A DNA stretch of 64,000 nucleotides from Deltaproteobacteria bacterium (GTDB taxonomy: Bacteria; Myxococcota_A; Bradymonadia; REDH01), in the NCBI GenBank assembly GCA_007693585.1, contig REDH01000072.1:77321-141320 (forward strand), written 5' to 3'. This document shows positions 28,301-37,312 of the stretch, piece by piece (position 1 is the stretch's first letter; each line of letters opens with the position of its first letter). The notes beneath the pieces were generated by a model. It saw nothing but the letters and a program-made list of their open reading frames with translations. It had not been told where the DNA came from and did no database searches. The translations under genes were made by a program, and so were the position numbers.

Positions 28301-30158
28301 AGGGCTCCGCGCCGAGCTCGAGGTCGCCCGCCACGCCGAAAGCCACGGGGAAGTCGTCCGCGTGCTGGAGGAACTCACGGGCCTCGTTCACGAGGACGGC
28401 GAACGCGCACGACTGTGCGCCGAGCTCGGGAGCACCCTCTATCATGATCTGGAAGAGTCCGAGCGGGCGCGACACTGGCTCGAGGAAGCGCAGCGGATCG
28501 ACCCGGACGGCGAGGGCCAGCGCTTCGAAGTCCTCACCGCCCTCGAAGCCATCTACGAGGACGTGGACGCCCCGGACGCCCTCCTGGAGGTCTACCGCCG
28601 CAAGCTCGAGGGAGCCGCCGACCCCGCGATGCGCGACGTCTTCCGCCTGCTGATGGCCACGGTGCTGTTCGAACGGCTGCACCGCCCGCGCGAGGCGCTC
28701 GCCCTCATCGACGAGAGCCTGCGGGACAGCGCCGCCAACATCCCCGCCCTCCGCCTGAAGGCCGAGATTCACGAGGACCAGGGGGATCCGTCGAGCGCGG
28801 TCCGAACGCTGCAGCACATCCTCGATCGCCCGGAACTCGATCCGTTCGAACGACAGGAGGTGCTGCGAAGCCTTGGCCGACTCGAGTGGAGGGAGCTGGG
28901 GGACCACGAGCGGGCTGCCAGTCGGTTCGAGGAGCTGCTCGCGCAGATCCCCGGGGACACGGACTGTCTGTCCGCGCTCAAGCAGATCCATGGCGCACGG
29001 GGTGCGTGGGACGACTGCGCGCGGGTGCTCTGGCGCGAGCTCGGCCTGCTCATCGGCCGCCTCGATGCATTCGAGGATGCCGGCGACGTGCTCGCCCTGC
29101 CCGAGTCGGACGTCCCGGCGCTGCTGCGCGGGACCTTCGCCCGGATTCTCGCGGAAGCCGCCGAGGTGCTGGCCAACGACAGCAACCGGGAGGAGCTGGC
29201 CGCGAAGCTCCTCGACCGGGCGGGCCAGCACGGGTCCAGCGAGCCTGCCGTGCTCGAGGCGCGCATCCGCGTCGGGCAGCGCCTCGACGACCACGCCGGC
29301 GTCGCACGCGCCGCCGAGCAACTCGCCGAACTGCTGCTCCTGAGCGAGGAGCGCCAGCAGCTTCAGGCGCTGGCCGCGGAGGCCTGGGAGCGCGCCGGGT
29401 TCGCCAGCCGGGCCGCCGCGCTCCGCAGCGCGGTCGCGTCCGCCGAGAGGGAGGGGAGTCGCCTGTCCCCCCATCCCGCCACTGTGTCCGGGCCGGTGGA
29501 GCGACCGCCCGTGGACGGGAAACACGGGGAGGACGCGCTGCGGGATCCGCAGATCGAAGCCGAGACGGCACGGAACGACCTTCGTGGGGATGACGAGGAC
29601 GTGGACGAGCTGGACGGATCGACGCCGGCCCCTGCACCGCAGGCGGGCACGCTCCACACCGCGACGGACGGAACCGACGGTTCGACCGCCTCGGTGGAGT
29701 CGTTCGACCCGGCGCGCGCGGGCACCGCGGAGCGATTGAGTCATCTGGATCGCCTGGCACGGTCGGAGCGGTATGCGGAGGCCCTGAGTGCGATCGAGTC
29801 ATGGCTTCCGATGGCGCGGGATCCGGTCCACCGCCGGGAGCTCCTGCTTCGGAAGGGGCGACTGCTGATCGATCGCAGCGGAACGGGACGGGACGCGATC
29901 CTCGTGCTCAAGGGCGCGCTGATCCTCGACGAGAATGCTGCCGATACGCGGTTCGAGCTGATGCGCGCGCACGCGCGGTCCGGAGAGTTCCGGCTTGCGA
30001 TGGAGCAACTGCGGGAGCTGTCGACGATTCTCGGGTCGGACCTGTTGTCGCTGGACGGGCTGGCGCCGGAGATCGATCGGCTGCGGGCGCTCGGAGAGCC
30101 CGCGGACGTGTCGCGGCTCGATCAGTGGGTGCGGGACGTGCGCCCATCGGGCGAGTGA
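25362..30158 (+). CDS. Very large (about 1,600 aa) cytoplasmic TPR-like helical-repeat protein with a central Pro-rich low-complexity linker. Possibly GltI/AgmK-like.
   Basis: No signal peptide (MPNATEDGARPPADALKL...). Dozens of Ala/Leu/Arg-rich helical repeat units typical of TPR-like solenoids. Pro-rich segment at about 27900-28280 with a 34-bp near-identical direct repeat (27966 and 28125). Confidence 0.5.
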   Translation: MPNATEDGARPPADALKLSIDFLFGRGFLTVRQQRLAHWGTLDELRMEVPDLRFPFDVQGGLHRFRQVRHHVHRLRYTLSENELARTLDAAADDISGFHAVQLRLAQGSLVLCAQVSLLSARGAIACRLAPAPALLDDPLTLQLVPVEYTTFGDLPLPAPLLLSELLGRLLHHARLQHPIPDWAPRLHGDVLQLRPSPMVLAGLFLPLGWKIPATERLTAETIDIRPGAIHILAAGRDGPHPSPHERHDVRDARSGRSAALALAGLEARAGLEATDQALFRGDLQNALDACRPIATSSAAPDVAVHRLLDLLLAAGTPEATAEASRIAGDRADRDPEDRIALQTLARLHPDDASITDRLLEALRAASMTPELILGAVATAESAMHRDHEDAGHRIASALRLAPRHPEALRLRIDHARRTGDLTSLEDTLRRRSSVAPTLPERIDHHLELARLALRRRGDAAEARAWLERARSLSPDTADIYTELAHAFLQEGRPADAVRALDTAATRYADAHDPAAAALARRRAATTWHQQLDQPDAALAELQRAWTLHPDPETAIELVDLAIAARRPDDALAPLQTALHTATAQPVPPDTLADLTERAARLDEARGRIDEAISRRRDLLHLRPADRANRSALERALVDAGRADEWVALHEELLDHCDPDEIPTLHASLARTLQETLDRPLRAAHHWRLVLTAQPDHHEALHRLRAIHADHQLWLELADALQAVIAEHPEHRAAPTLRAVAAEAASAGGDDTLAIDLARAAIAQHPEASAPWLAAASILPDEEAWHAAEQFADRTDDLPRAATLLRTLGDRAFTSSDGMRRAVRLYRRALLLVNDEDTRQRLRRAAEHCGMDPDRVLPPTATAPPRAQANSPAHDRTPPAPARDPSSAPPPARQPPAQQPPDDRAPTQHPSAPHALPPQTLANSPAPNRTPPEPAGDDESPAAPAGGAPGPRLVDTPPGGLDTDRPVDGAPPSTQARRIEGLRAELEVARHAESHGEVVRVLEELTGLVHEDGERARLCAELGSTLYHDLEESERARHWLEEAQRIDPDGEGQRFEVLTALEAIYEDVDAPDALLEVYRRKLEGAADPAMRDVFRLLMATVLFERLHRPREALALIDESLRDSAANIPALRLKAEIHEDQGDPSSAVRTLQHILDRPELDPFERQEVLRSLGRLEWRELGDHERAASRFEELLAQIPGDTDCLSALKQIHGARGAWDDCARVLWRELGLLIGRLDAFEDAGDVLALPESDVPALLRGTFARILAEAAEVLANDSNREELAAKLLDRAGQHGSSEPAVLEARIRVGQRLDDHAGVARAAEQLAELLLLSEERQQLQALAAEAWERAGFASRAAALRSAVASAEREGSRLSPHPATVSGPVERPPVDGKHGEDALRDPQIEAETARNDLRGDDEDVDELDGSTPAPAPQAGTLHTATDGTDGSTASVESFDPARAGTAERLSHLDRLARSERYAEALSAIESWLPMARDPVHRRELLLRKGRLLIDRSGTGRDAILVLKGALILDENAADTRFELMRAHARSGEFRLAMEQLRELSTILGSDLLSLDGLAPEIDRLRALGEPADVSRLDQWVRDVRPSGE

Positions 30159-30376
30159 CCGGCCCCGGATTCGACGCCGGCCACGAGTTCGGAGGGCTCC
30201 CGAAGCGTCGCGTTCCGTCACGGAGACCGGCGCCCGGCCGTGCGCTGCGACATCGGTCGGGGGTGCTCGCAACTTGTCCGCGCCGATGATGCCCGTTATT
30301 GTGGGACCTGCGCGTGATCTTCCGTCCGGTGGCGACGGTGGCCGCGCACGCCACGCCGAGCGAGCCCGTGACGACG

Positions 30377-31021
30377 ATGCCCAGAACCCCTGTACTGCCC
30401 GCACTCCTGATTCTGCTTGCGGTGTCCGGATGTTCGGAGGACGGGATCGACCTCTTCCGCTCGACGGATGCGCCTCCGATCGCTCCACCCGAGTCGTCGG
30501 GCGATGTGGTGGGCGAAGGTCCTCGTGCGAGTGACGCGATCGATCCGTCGGCGGATCCGACCGGGTGCGCCGCGCTCGACGCGGAATGGCCCGAGAGCTG
30601 GAAGGCGTTCGAGGCCGAGGTGGTCCGGCTGGTGAACGAGCGACGATCCAGCCCGGCGCGCTGCGGAGCCAGCAGCATGCCGGCCACATCGGTTGCGCTC
30701 GTCGCGGAGGCGCGGCTGACCTGCGCGTCCCGACAGCACAGCATGGACATGTCTGCAGCGCAGCAGATCTTTCACGACGGTTCGGACGGGCGCAGCCCCT
30801 TCGACCGGATCCGGGACGTCGGATACACCGGGGGATATCCGCAGGGTGAGAACGTGGCGCAGGGGTATCCGACACCGGAGTCCGTGGTCGACGGGTGGAT
30901 GAACAGCGACGGACACTGTCGCAACATCATGAACCCGGACTTCAGCGAGATCGGCGTCGGCTACGAGGGGGGCTCGGGAGCCCGACGTCACTTCTGGACG
31001 CAGAAGTTCGGCAACCGCTGA
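30377..31021 (+). CDS. CAP/SCP/PR-1 domain lipoprotein
   Basis: Lipoprotein signal MPRTPVLPALLILLAVSGC. The C-terminal half (VVDGWMNSDGHCRNIMNPDFSEIGVGYEGG...HFWTQKFG) is a classic CAP-domain signature. Confidence 0.65.
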   Translation: MPRTPVLPALLILLAVSGCSEDGIDLFRSTDAPPIAPPESSGDVVGEGPRASDAIDPSADPTGCAALDAEWPESWKAFEAEVVRLVNERRSSPARCGASSMPATSVALVAEARLTCASRQHSMDMSAAQQIFHDGSDGRSPFDRIRDVGYTGGYPQGENVAQGYPTPESVVDGWMNSDGHCRNIMNPDFSEIGVGYEGGSGARRHFWTQKFGNR

Positions 31022-31050
31022 GCGGCCTCCCGGGTGCGCACGGGTCAGAG

Positions 31051-31190
31051 GCCAACGGATCGGGGGAGCCGGACCGGGGCAAACGGATCGGGGGAGCCGG
31101 ACCGGGGCAAACGGATCGGGAGAGCCGGAGCCGGGGCAAACGGATCGGGGGAGCCGGACCGGGGCCAACGGACCGGGGGAGCCGCGATCG
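31051..31190. repeat. Tandem direct repeat: about 4.5 copies of a 28-29 bp unit (c/g)caaacggatcgggggagccggaccgggg, in a convergent intergenic region
   Basis: Read directly from the sequence. Units begin at 31051, 31080, 31108 and 31137, with a degenerate fifth at 31165. There are no spacers between copies. The array lies between the CAP gene stop (31021) and the Slt gene stop (31272). Confidence 0.85.
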
Positions 31191-31271
31191 GCGTGCGCGC
31201 CGGCCTTCTCCGGAGGGTGCGCGCCAGGCAGGGTGCACCGAACGGCTGTCCCCCACGGGAGACCGGGGTGG

Positions 31272-33389
31272 TCAGAAGTCCGGGAAGGCGGTGTGTTCGC
31301 GTCGGACGAAGGACGGGAGCAGGCCGCCGAGCTCGGGATCGCGGGTCCACGCGCCGTGCGGATCGGCGGCGAGCCGGTAGCGGACGGCGAGGGTGATCAC
31401 GCTGCGCGCGTAGTTGCGGGCCTGCTCGAAGGCCATCTCCTCGACGAAGCGATCGAGGGGCTGGTCACCGTGGCGTTCGATCCAGGTCCACATGGCGATG
31501 GGTCCTGCGTTGTAGGCGGCCACGGCGATGGGCCAGCTGTCGTCGAACTGGCGGTACAGTGCGCCGAGGTACCAGCTTCCGTACCGGATGGCGTGGAGGG
31601 GCTCGAAGAGCTGCCCGTCGGTGTAGGTCCATGTGTTGAGGCGGGCGATGGCCTCGGCGGTCTGGGGGATGACCTGCATGAGCCCCATGGCGTCGCTGAC
31701 ACTGACGACGTGCCTGCGAAACGAGCTCTCCTGCTCCATGACGGCGAGGATGATGTCGGGGGGGACGTCCCACTCGGTTGCGAAGCGGCGGACTGCGGCG
31801 CCGTGAAGGGGGGGGTAGGCGCCCTGCCACTGGCGGAGATCGCGGAGATTGGCCGGGGGGCGATCGAGGCGGCGGCCGGCGGTTCGGCGGGCCCGGATCC
31901 AGTCCTCGCGGCTGGCGTGGACGCGCAGGCGCCGCTCCCGGTCCGTCCGCCGTCGTTCCACGCGGTCCACGAGGGCGGCCTCGTCGTGGAGTCCGAGCTC
32001 GGCGAGTCGTTCGGCGAGATCGAGGCGGGTTCGGACGGCGCGTTGCCGAGGAGCGCCGCCGTCGGGTTGCGGGATGGGATCGAGGCCGAGGCGGCGGCGG
32101 GCGAGGAAGGCGTACCAGGAGAGGGGGGCGATGGTGTCGACGGTGGTCCATCGTGCGCTGGCGTCCTCGGTGTGGCCTTCCTGCTCGAGGCAGACCGCGG
32201 TCCAGTAGTGGATGCGGGCGATCTCGCGGGGGCGCCCGGACGACGCGAGGGGCTCCCATGCGGCACGGGCCTCGGGGCAGCGGTCGAGTCGGAAGAGCGC
32301 CCACCCGATCCACCAGTCGGCGTCTCCGGGGCGCCCGGGTTGTCGCAGGGACTCGAGCACGGGGATGGCGGCCTCGTCGTCGCGGAGCTGGAGATGGATC
32401 ATGGCGACGTGGCGGATGGCGTCCTGTCGGCGGGCGTGCGCATCGGGCCACCGTTCGGGGAACTGCTGCCAGTGGAGGAGGGCCTCCGCGGTTCGTCCGG
32501 CGCGCAGGAGCGCGAGTCCGAGGGTGTGGTCGGCGTCCTGCTGTCGCGGTCCTTCGCGGGTGGCCACGGCGCGCAGCCAGGGCAGCCCGCGCTCCGCGTG
32601 TTCCCTGCGGTAGCGCTGGAGGAGGTGGCCGAGCCGCCAGGCGGCCTCGAGGACGTCGGGTCCGGCATCGGGGACGATCCGGTCGGGGCTGCACTCGCTC
32701 TGCGCACCGCAGGCGGCAGCGCGCAGGAGCCGTTCGGCCGTGGGGTAGTGTCGACCGCGGCGGGCGGCGTCGGCGCGCTCGATGAGCTGGGCCGTGTGCG
32801 GGGCGTCGTCGAGGTGGAGGATGTGAATGCGGGCGGTGAGCGGGTCGCCCGGGTGTTCGTGGAGGAGGGAGCGCTGCACGTCACGGGCATCGTCGTCGCG
32901 GCCGGCGCGCTCGAGGGCGAGCGCGAGAAAGTGCATGCGCCGTGCGCGGGTGGCGCTGGAGGTGCGCGGTGCGCGCGGGTCTTCGAGGAGCTCCTGCCAG
33001 GCCAGGACCGCTGCATCGGGGTCGCCGGCGTGCAGGAGCCGTCGCGCCTCCAGCTCGGCGTACCAGGGCAGGTGCGCGTGCAGTGACGAGCCGGGGATGG
33101 CACCCAGCTCTGCGGCCCGCTCGAGGGCTGCAATGGCCTCCTCGAATCGGCCGGTGTCGAAGGCGCAGCGTGCGGCGTAGAGCCAGGCGATGGTGGCCTC
33201 GACGGGGCGCACCGCCACCTGGGGGGAGGGTGCGCAGGTCCCGTCCAGCCAGGTCTCCACGACGTGTGGGAGGGCCGGTGCGGTCACGCGTTCGGCGGCG
33301 TGGGCCGACAGGCTCCCCGTGGCGAGCATCGCCAGCGCGAGGGAGATGACGCCGAGGGCGAGGCGAATCGCCGCTGGATGCGGGGACAT
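31272..33389 (-). CDS. slt: Soluble lytic murein transglycosylase (Slt70-like: superhelical N-terminal domain plus SLT catalytic domain)
   Basis: Signal peptide MSPHPAAIRLALGVISLALAMLATGSLSAHA. SLT domain motifs ILAVMEQESSFRRHVVSVSDAMGLMQVIPQTA and AAYNAGP. Confidence 0.75.
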   Translation of the reverse strand: MSPHPAAIRLALGVISLALAMLATGSLSAHAAERVTAPALPHVVETWLDGTCAPSPQVAVRPVEATIAWLYAARCAFDTGRFEEAIAALERAAELGAIPGSSLHAHLPWYAELEARRLLHAGDPDAAVLAWQELLEDPRAPRTSSATRARRMHFLALALERAGRDDDARDVQRSLLHEHPGDPLTARIHILHLDDAPHTAQLIERADAARRGRHYPTAERLLRAAACGAQSECSPDRIVPDAGPDVLEAAWRLGHLLQRYRREHAERGLPWLRAVATREGPRQQDADHTLGLALLRAGRTAEALLHWQQFPERWPDAHARRQDAIRHVAMIHLQLRDDEAAIPVLESLRQPGRPGDADWWIGWALFRLDRCPEARAAWEPLASSGRPREIARIHYWTAVCLEQEGHTEDASARWTTVDTIAPLSWYAFLARRRLGLDPIPQPDGGAPRQRAVRTRLDLAERLAELGLHDEAALVDRVERRRTDRERRLRVHASREDWIRARRTAGRRLDRPPANLRDLRQWQGAYPPLHGAAVRRFATEWDVPPDIILAVMEQESSFRRHVVSVSDAMGLMQVIPQTAEAIARLNTWTYTDGQLFEPLHAIRYGSWYLGALYRQFDDSWPIAVAAYNAGPIAMWTWIERHGDQPLDRFVEEMAFEQARNYARSVITLAVRYRLAADPHGAWTRDPELGGLLPSFVRREHTAFPDF

Positions 33390-33922
33390 GTTGCTGCGCA
33401 TCGCGGGCAACGGGTGGGCTTGCGGGCGGGATCGGGACGGGGCGCCATACCGCTGACGACGCCGGGGTGTGGATCTACGCCGGGAGCCGGACGGCGTCGA
33501 GAAACCATGGGACGCCGTGCGACGCTCTCGCGGCGGACCGGGCGGGGGTTCCTCCTGGCGGGCGACCTCCGACGGGGCTTCGAGGTCGAGGGCCGGCCTC
33601 CCGTCGGACGACGGGGGGCACCGGGCGGCACCGTCGTGGCGATCGGATCGCGCTTCCGTTCATCGCGAAGGTGGGTGCCGCACGCACCGGATGCCCTCGT
33701 GCTTCATCCAAGGGGATAGTGCTCCGGGGGGTACGCCCCCTTGCCCGACCGCGCCCATCTTCCTTGTGCCAGACGTCGGTCGGTGTCGTGTTCGGGTCAT
33801 GAGACGCCACGTCACGCTGTCCGCGAGCGGTGGTGGTGCTCGCGTCGAGCCGCCTCGGTGCCCGACGGCCATTTCCGCTGCTTCCTGTCAGGCCCCTGTT
33901 TCCTTCAACGAGAGTCGATGCC

Positions 33923-35293
33923 ATGCCCGAGAGCCGATACGAGAGCGAGATCCCGGTGTCCGCGGATACACTGTACGCGTGGCATGCGCGACCTGGGGCG
34001 TTCGAGCGGCTGGTGCCGCCATGGGAGCGGGTGCGCCTGCGTTCGCGCACGGGTGGCGTGGCGACGGGGGCCCGGGTGGAGATGGACCTCCTGATGGGTC
34101 CGATCGCGCTGCGCTGGGAAGCGGAGCACGTGGCGCACGAGGAGGGTCGTGGCTTCACGGATGTCGCGCGTCGGAGCCCCTTTGCTTCGTGGCGTCACGT
34201 GCACAGATTCGAGCCGGTCGCGGATGCGTCGTGCGTGCTTCGGGACGTCATCGACTGGCGTCTGCCGCTGGGCCCGCTCGGTGCGCTCGGCAACGGGTTC
34301 GCCCGCGGGGCCATCGACCGGATGTTTCGTTTTCGCCATCGCCGAACGGAGTTTGACCTGATGCGTCATGAGCGTGCGAGTGGCCCTGTCCGCACGATTG
34401 CGGTGACCGGTGCTTCGGGGCTGATCGGCTCGGCGCTGGTGGCCTATCTCCGTGCGGGGGGGCACCGGGTGCGGCCGCTGGTGCGGCGAGCACCCGGGGA
34501 TGCGGACGAGATTCGCTGGAGCCCTTCGGAGGGCGAGATCGATCGCGAGGCGCTGTCGTCGGTGGACGCGGTTGTCCATCTGGCGGGAGAGAGCATTGCG
34601 GGCGGGCGATGGACGGAGGCGCGCAAGTCGTCGATCCGGGACTCCCGGGTCGTGGGAACGGATCTGCTGGCTCGGGCGCTGGCGGAGGTCGGGGGGCCGC
34701 GCGTGCTGCTGTCGGCGTCGGCGATCGGGTTCTACGGAGACGTTCCGGAGGGTCGGGTAGGCGAGGATTCGCCGCGGGGGGAAGGGTTCCTCGCCGATGT
34801 GTGCGCGGCCTGGGAGGGTGCGGCGGATCCGGCGCGTGCCGCGGGTCTTCGGGTGGTTCACCCGCGCATCGGGGTGGTGCTCGCGGCGGGCGGCGGTGCG
34901 CTCGCCACGATGCTTCCTGCGTTCCGGGCGGGGGTGGGCGGGGTGGTGGGGAGCGGGCGGCAGTGGATGAGCTGGATCGGCCTGGAGGATGTGGTGGGCG
35001 CCCTGCACTTCCTGCTGGAGTCGGAGGGCATCTCGGGTCCGGTGAACCTGACGGCCCCGGAGCCGGTGACGAACCGCGAGTTCACGCGCACGCTGGGACG
35101 GGTGCTGAGGCGTCCGACGCTGCTTCCGCTGCCGGCACCGGCGGTGCGTCTCCTGCTGGGCGAGATGGGGGAGAAGCTGTTGCTGGAGGGTGCGGCGGTG
35201 GAGCCTCGCGTGTTGCGGGAGTCGGGGTTCGTGTTCATGACGCCCGGGCTCGAGCAGTCCATGCGTCACGAGCTGGGGCGGGACGGACCCTGA
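33923..35293 (+). CDS. Fusion protein: N-terminal SRPBCC (polyketide cyclase/COQ10-like) domain plus a TIGR01777/YfcH-family NAD-dependent epimerase domain (DUF1731 C-terminus)
   Basis: The N-terminal 150 aa are START/SRPBCC-like. IAVTGASGLIGSALVAYLRAGGHRVRPLVR is a Rossmann GxxGxxG. The C-terminus VNLTAPEPVTNREFTRTLGRVLRRP... is YfcH-like. Confidence 0.55.
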   Translation: MPESRYESEIPVSADTLYAWHARPGAFERLVPPWERVRLRSRTGGVATGARVEMDLLMGPIALRWEAEHVAHEEGRGFTDVARRSPFASWRHVHRFEPVADASCVLRDVIDWRLPLGPLGALGNGFARGAIDRMFRFRHRRTEFDLMRHERASGPVRTIAVTGASGLIGSALVAYLRAGGHRVRPLVRRAPGDADEIRWSPSEGEIDREALSSVDAVVHLAGESIAGGRWTEARKSSIRDSRVVGTDLLARALAEVGGPRVLLSASAIGFYGDVPEGRVGEDSPRGEGFLADVCAAWEGAADPARAAGLRVVHPRIGVVLAAGGGALATMLPAFRAGVGGVVGSGRQWMSWIGLEDVVGALHFLLESEGISGPVNLTAPEPVTNREFTRTLGRVLRRPTLLPLPAPAVRLLLGEMGEKLLLEGAAVEPRVLRESGFVFMTPGLEQSMRHELGRDGP

Positions 35294-35308
35294 GGGGGAG
35301 GAGGAGGC

Positions 35309-36055
35309 GTGCAGGGACAGGTGAGGTTTTCGCTTCCGCCGCTGACCCCGGTCGTGAAGCGGCTGATGGGGGTGCTGGGTGGGGCGTTCCTGATCCAGGT
35401 GCTCGTGGGTGCGGCGCTGGGGATGGGGGCGCTCGAGTGGAACGCGTCCGTGGAGCGCTGGTTCGGCCTGTACCTTCCGACGCTGCTGAGCGGCGCGCTG
35501 TGGCAGCCTTTGACGTCGATGCTGCTGCACTCGATGGATGGCTGGTCGCACCTGCTGTTCAACCTCGTGACGCTGTACTTCTTCGGGACGCTTCTGGAGG
35601 CGGCGGTGGGTGGGCGGCGCCTGCTGCGCACGGTTCTTGTGGCGGGCCTGCTGAGCGGAGTGGCGGTGCTCGCCGGGGATGCGATGCGCTGGGCCGTGCT
35701 CGCCGATCCTCGTCTGGTGCCGACGGTCGGTGCCTCGGGCGCCATCAGCGGCCTCATCGGGGCGATCTGCGCCATCGCCTGGAGCAGCTGGCTGAACTTC
35801 TTCTTCTTCCGGGCGCGCGGGTGGCATCTTCTGGTCGCGGTGGTGGTCATCGACCTGCTGCGGGTCGTGGCGGGCGCGCCGATCAGTCTGGTGGGCCATT
35901 GGACAGGGCTGCTGGTGGGGCTGTGGATGTTCGGTCCGCATCTGCGGCCGCGGGCGCTGTGGCGGCGATGGCGCGGTCGGCGCCGAGGCGGGCGGGGACA
36001 CCTCCGGGTGGTCGAGGGGGGGCGTGGGGGCAACGGGGATCGCACGCTTCACTGA
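35309..36055 (+). CDS. Rhomboid family intramembrane serine protease
   Basis: Multi-TM protein with GASGAISGLIG (the GxSG catalytic Ser motif) and a downstream His in a TM segment (LVGHWTG). GTG start preceded by GGAGGAGG. Confidence 0.7.
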   Translation: MQGQVRFSLPPLTPVVKRLMGVLGGAFLIQVLVGAALGMGALEWNASVERWFGLYLPTLLSGALWQPLTSMLLHSMDGWSHLLFNLVTLYFFGTLLEAAVGGRRLLRTVLVAGLLSGVAVLAGDAMRWAVLADPRLVPTVGASGAISGLIGAICAIAWSSWLNFFFFRARGWHLLVAVVVIDLLRVVAGAPISLVGHWTGLLVGLWMFGPHLRPRALWRRWRGRRRGGRGHLRVVEGGRGGNGDRTLH

Positions 36056-36160
36056 GGGGAACCGCGGGCGGCGCAGCGCAGCGCGCGCAGCGGCTTGACG
36101 AGCCGTGGTCCCGCCTCTAGTTCCTCGGCGCCGTCCGTTCACCCGGTGGGGAGGTCCGGG

Positions 36161-36179
36161 CTTCGCGGGAATCGCGAAG
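36161..36179 (+). promoter_or_regulatory. Perfect inverted repeat cttcgcg-N5-cgcgaag about 80 bp upstream of gap. Candidate operator.
   Basis: Seen in the sequence, 7-bp arms. Located in the 200-bp intergenic region upstream of the gap-pgk-tpiA operon. Function unknown. Confidence 0.25.
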
Positions 36180-36258
36180 CATGTCTTCGTCGACCGGGCA
36201 TTCGACACCGTCCGTGCCACGGCGACCTGCCCGTGGCCCCCAGATTCAGGAGAGCACC

Positions 36259-37266
36259 ATGAGCATTCGCATCGGCATCAACGGGTTCGGACGCATCGGC
36301 CGCGCGGTGGCCAGGCTGCTGGCCGATCGGGAGGACGTGCAGCTTGTCGCGGTGAACGACCTGACGGATGTGGCCACCCTCGCGCACCTGCTGAAGTACG
36401 ACTCGGTCCACGGGCGCTTCGCGGGAACGGTCGAGGTGAAGGACGGCCAGCTGGTGATGAACGGCCGGACGATCCGCGTGACGGCGACGCCGAAGCCCGA
36501 GGATCTGGCCTGGGGCGACGTCGGGGTGGACGTGGTGCTCGAGTGCACGGGGCTGTTCCGCAAGCGCGAGCAGGCGGAGGGGCATCTGCGGGCGGGTGCC
36601 CGCAAGGTCATCATCTCGGCGCCGGGCAAGGGCGTGGACGCGACGGTGGTCGTCGGTGTGAACGACGGCGATCTGGACCCGGAGCGCCATGAGATCATCT
36701 CGAACGCGTCGTGCACGACGAACTGCCTGGCGCCGATGGCGAAGGTGCTCCACGAGACGGTCGGCATCGAGCGCGGCCTGATGACGACGATCCATGCGTA
36801 CACCGCTGACCAGCGGCTGCTGGACGCACCGCACGGCGACCTGCGTCGGGCCCGGAGCGCGGCCCTGTCGATGGTGCCGACCTCGACCGGCGCCGCGGTG
36901 GCGGTCTCGCAGGTGCTTCCGGCGCTCAAGGGTCGGCTCGACGGCATGGCGATCCGCGTGCCCACGCCGAACGTGTCGGTGACGGATCTGACGTTCACGG
37001 CCGAGCGCGACACGACGGTAGAGGAGCTCAACGGGGCGCTCCGCGCGGCGGCGGAAGGCCCGCTGAAGGGGATCCTGGCGTACGAGACCGACGAGGTCGT
37101 CAGCGTGGACCTCAACGGTCACCCGGCGTCGTCGATCGTCGACTCGCGGCTCACGCGTGTTCAGGACGGCCGCCTGGTGAAGGTGCTGAGCTGGTACGAC
37201 AACGAGTGGGGCTTCTCGAACCGGATGATCGATCTGGCGCGGATGCTGATGACCGGCAGCCGATGA
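36259..37266 (+). CDS. gap: Glyceraldehyde-3-phosphate dehydrogenase
   Basis: [15 protein letters not shown]...[15 protein letters not shown]...SWYDNEWGF are canonical GAPDH motifs. RBS AGGAGAG. Confidence 0.95.
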   Translation: MSIRIGINGFGRIGRAVARLLADREDVQLVAVNDLTDVATLAHLLKYDSVHGRFAGTVEVKDGQLVMNGRTIRVTATPKPEDLAWGDVGVDVVLECTGLFRKREQAEGHLRAGARKVIISAPGKGVDATVVVGVNDGDLDPERHEIISNASCTTNCLAPMAKVLHETVGIERGLMTTIHAYTADQRLLDAPHGDLRRARSAALSMVPTSTGAAVAVSQVLPALKGRLDGMAIRVPTPNVSVTDLTFTAERDTTVEELNGALRAAAEGPLKGILAYETDEVVSVDLNGHPASSIVDSRLTRVQDGRLVKVLSWYDNEWGFSNRMIDLARMLMTGSR

Positions 37267-37312
37267 GTCCACGCGGGCGCCGGACGCGCGCCCCACGCCG
37301 GCGGAGGTGAGG

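Noticed and set aside
31051-31190. CRISPR array interpretation of the 28-29 bp repeats
   Set aside because: The repeats are directly abutting with no unique spacers, and no cas genes are nearby. Classified as a plain tandem repeat instead.
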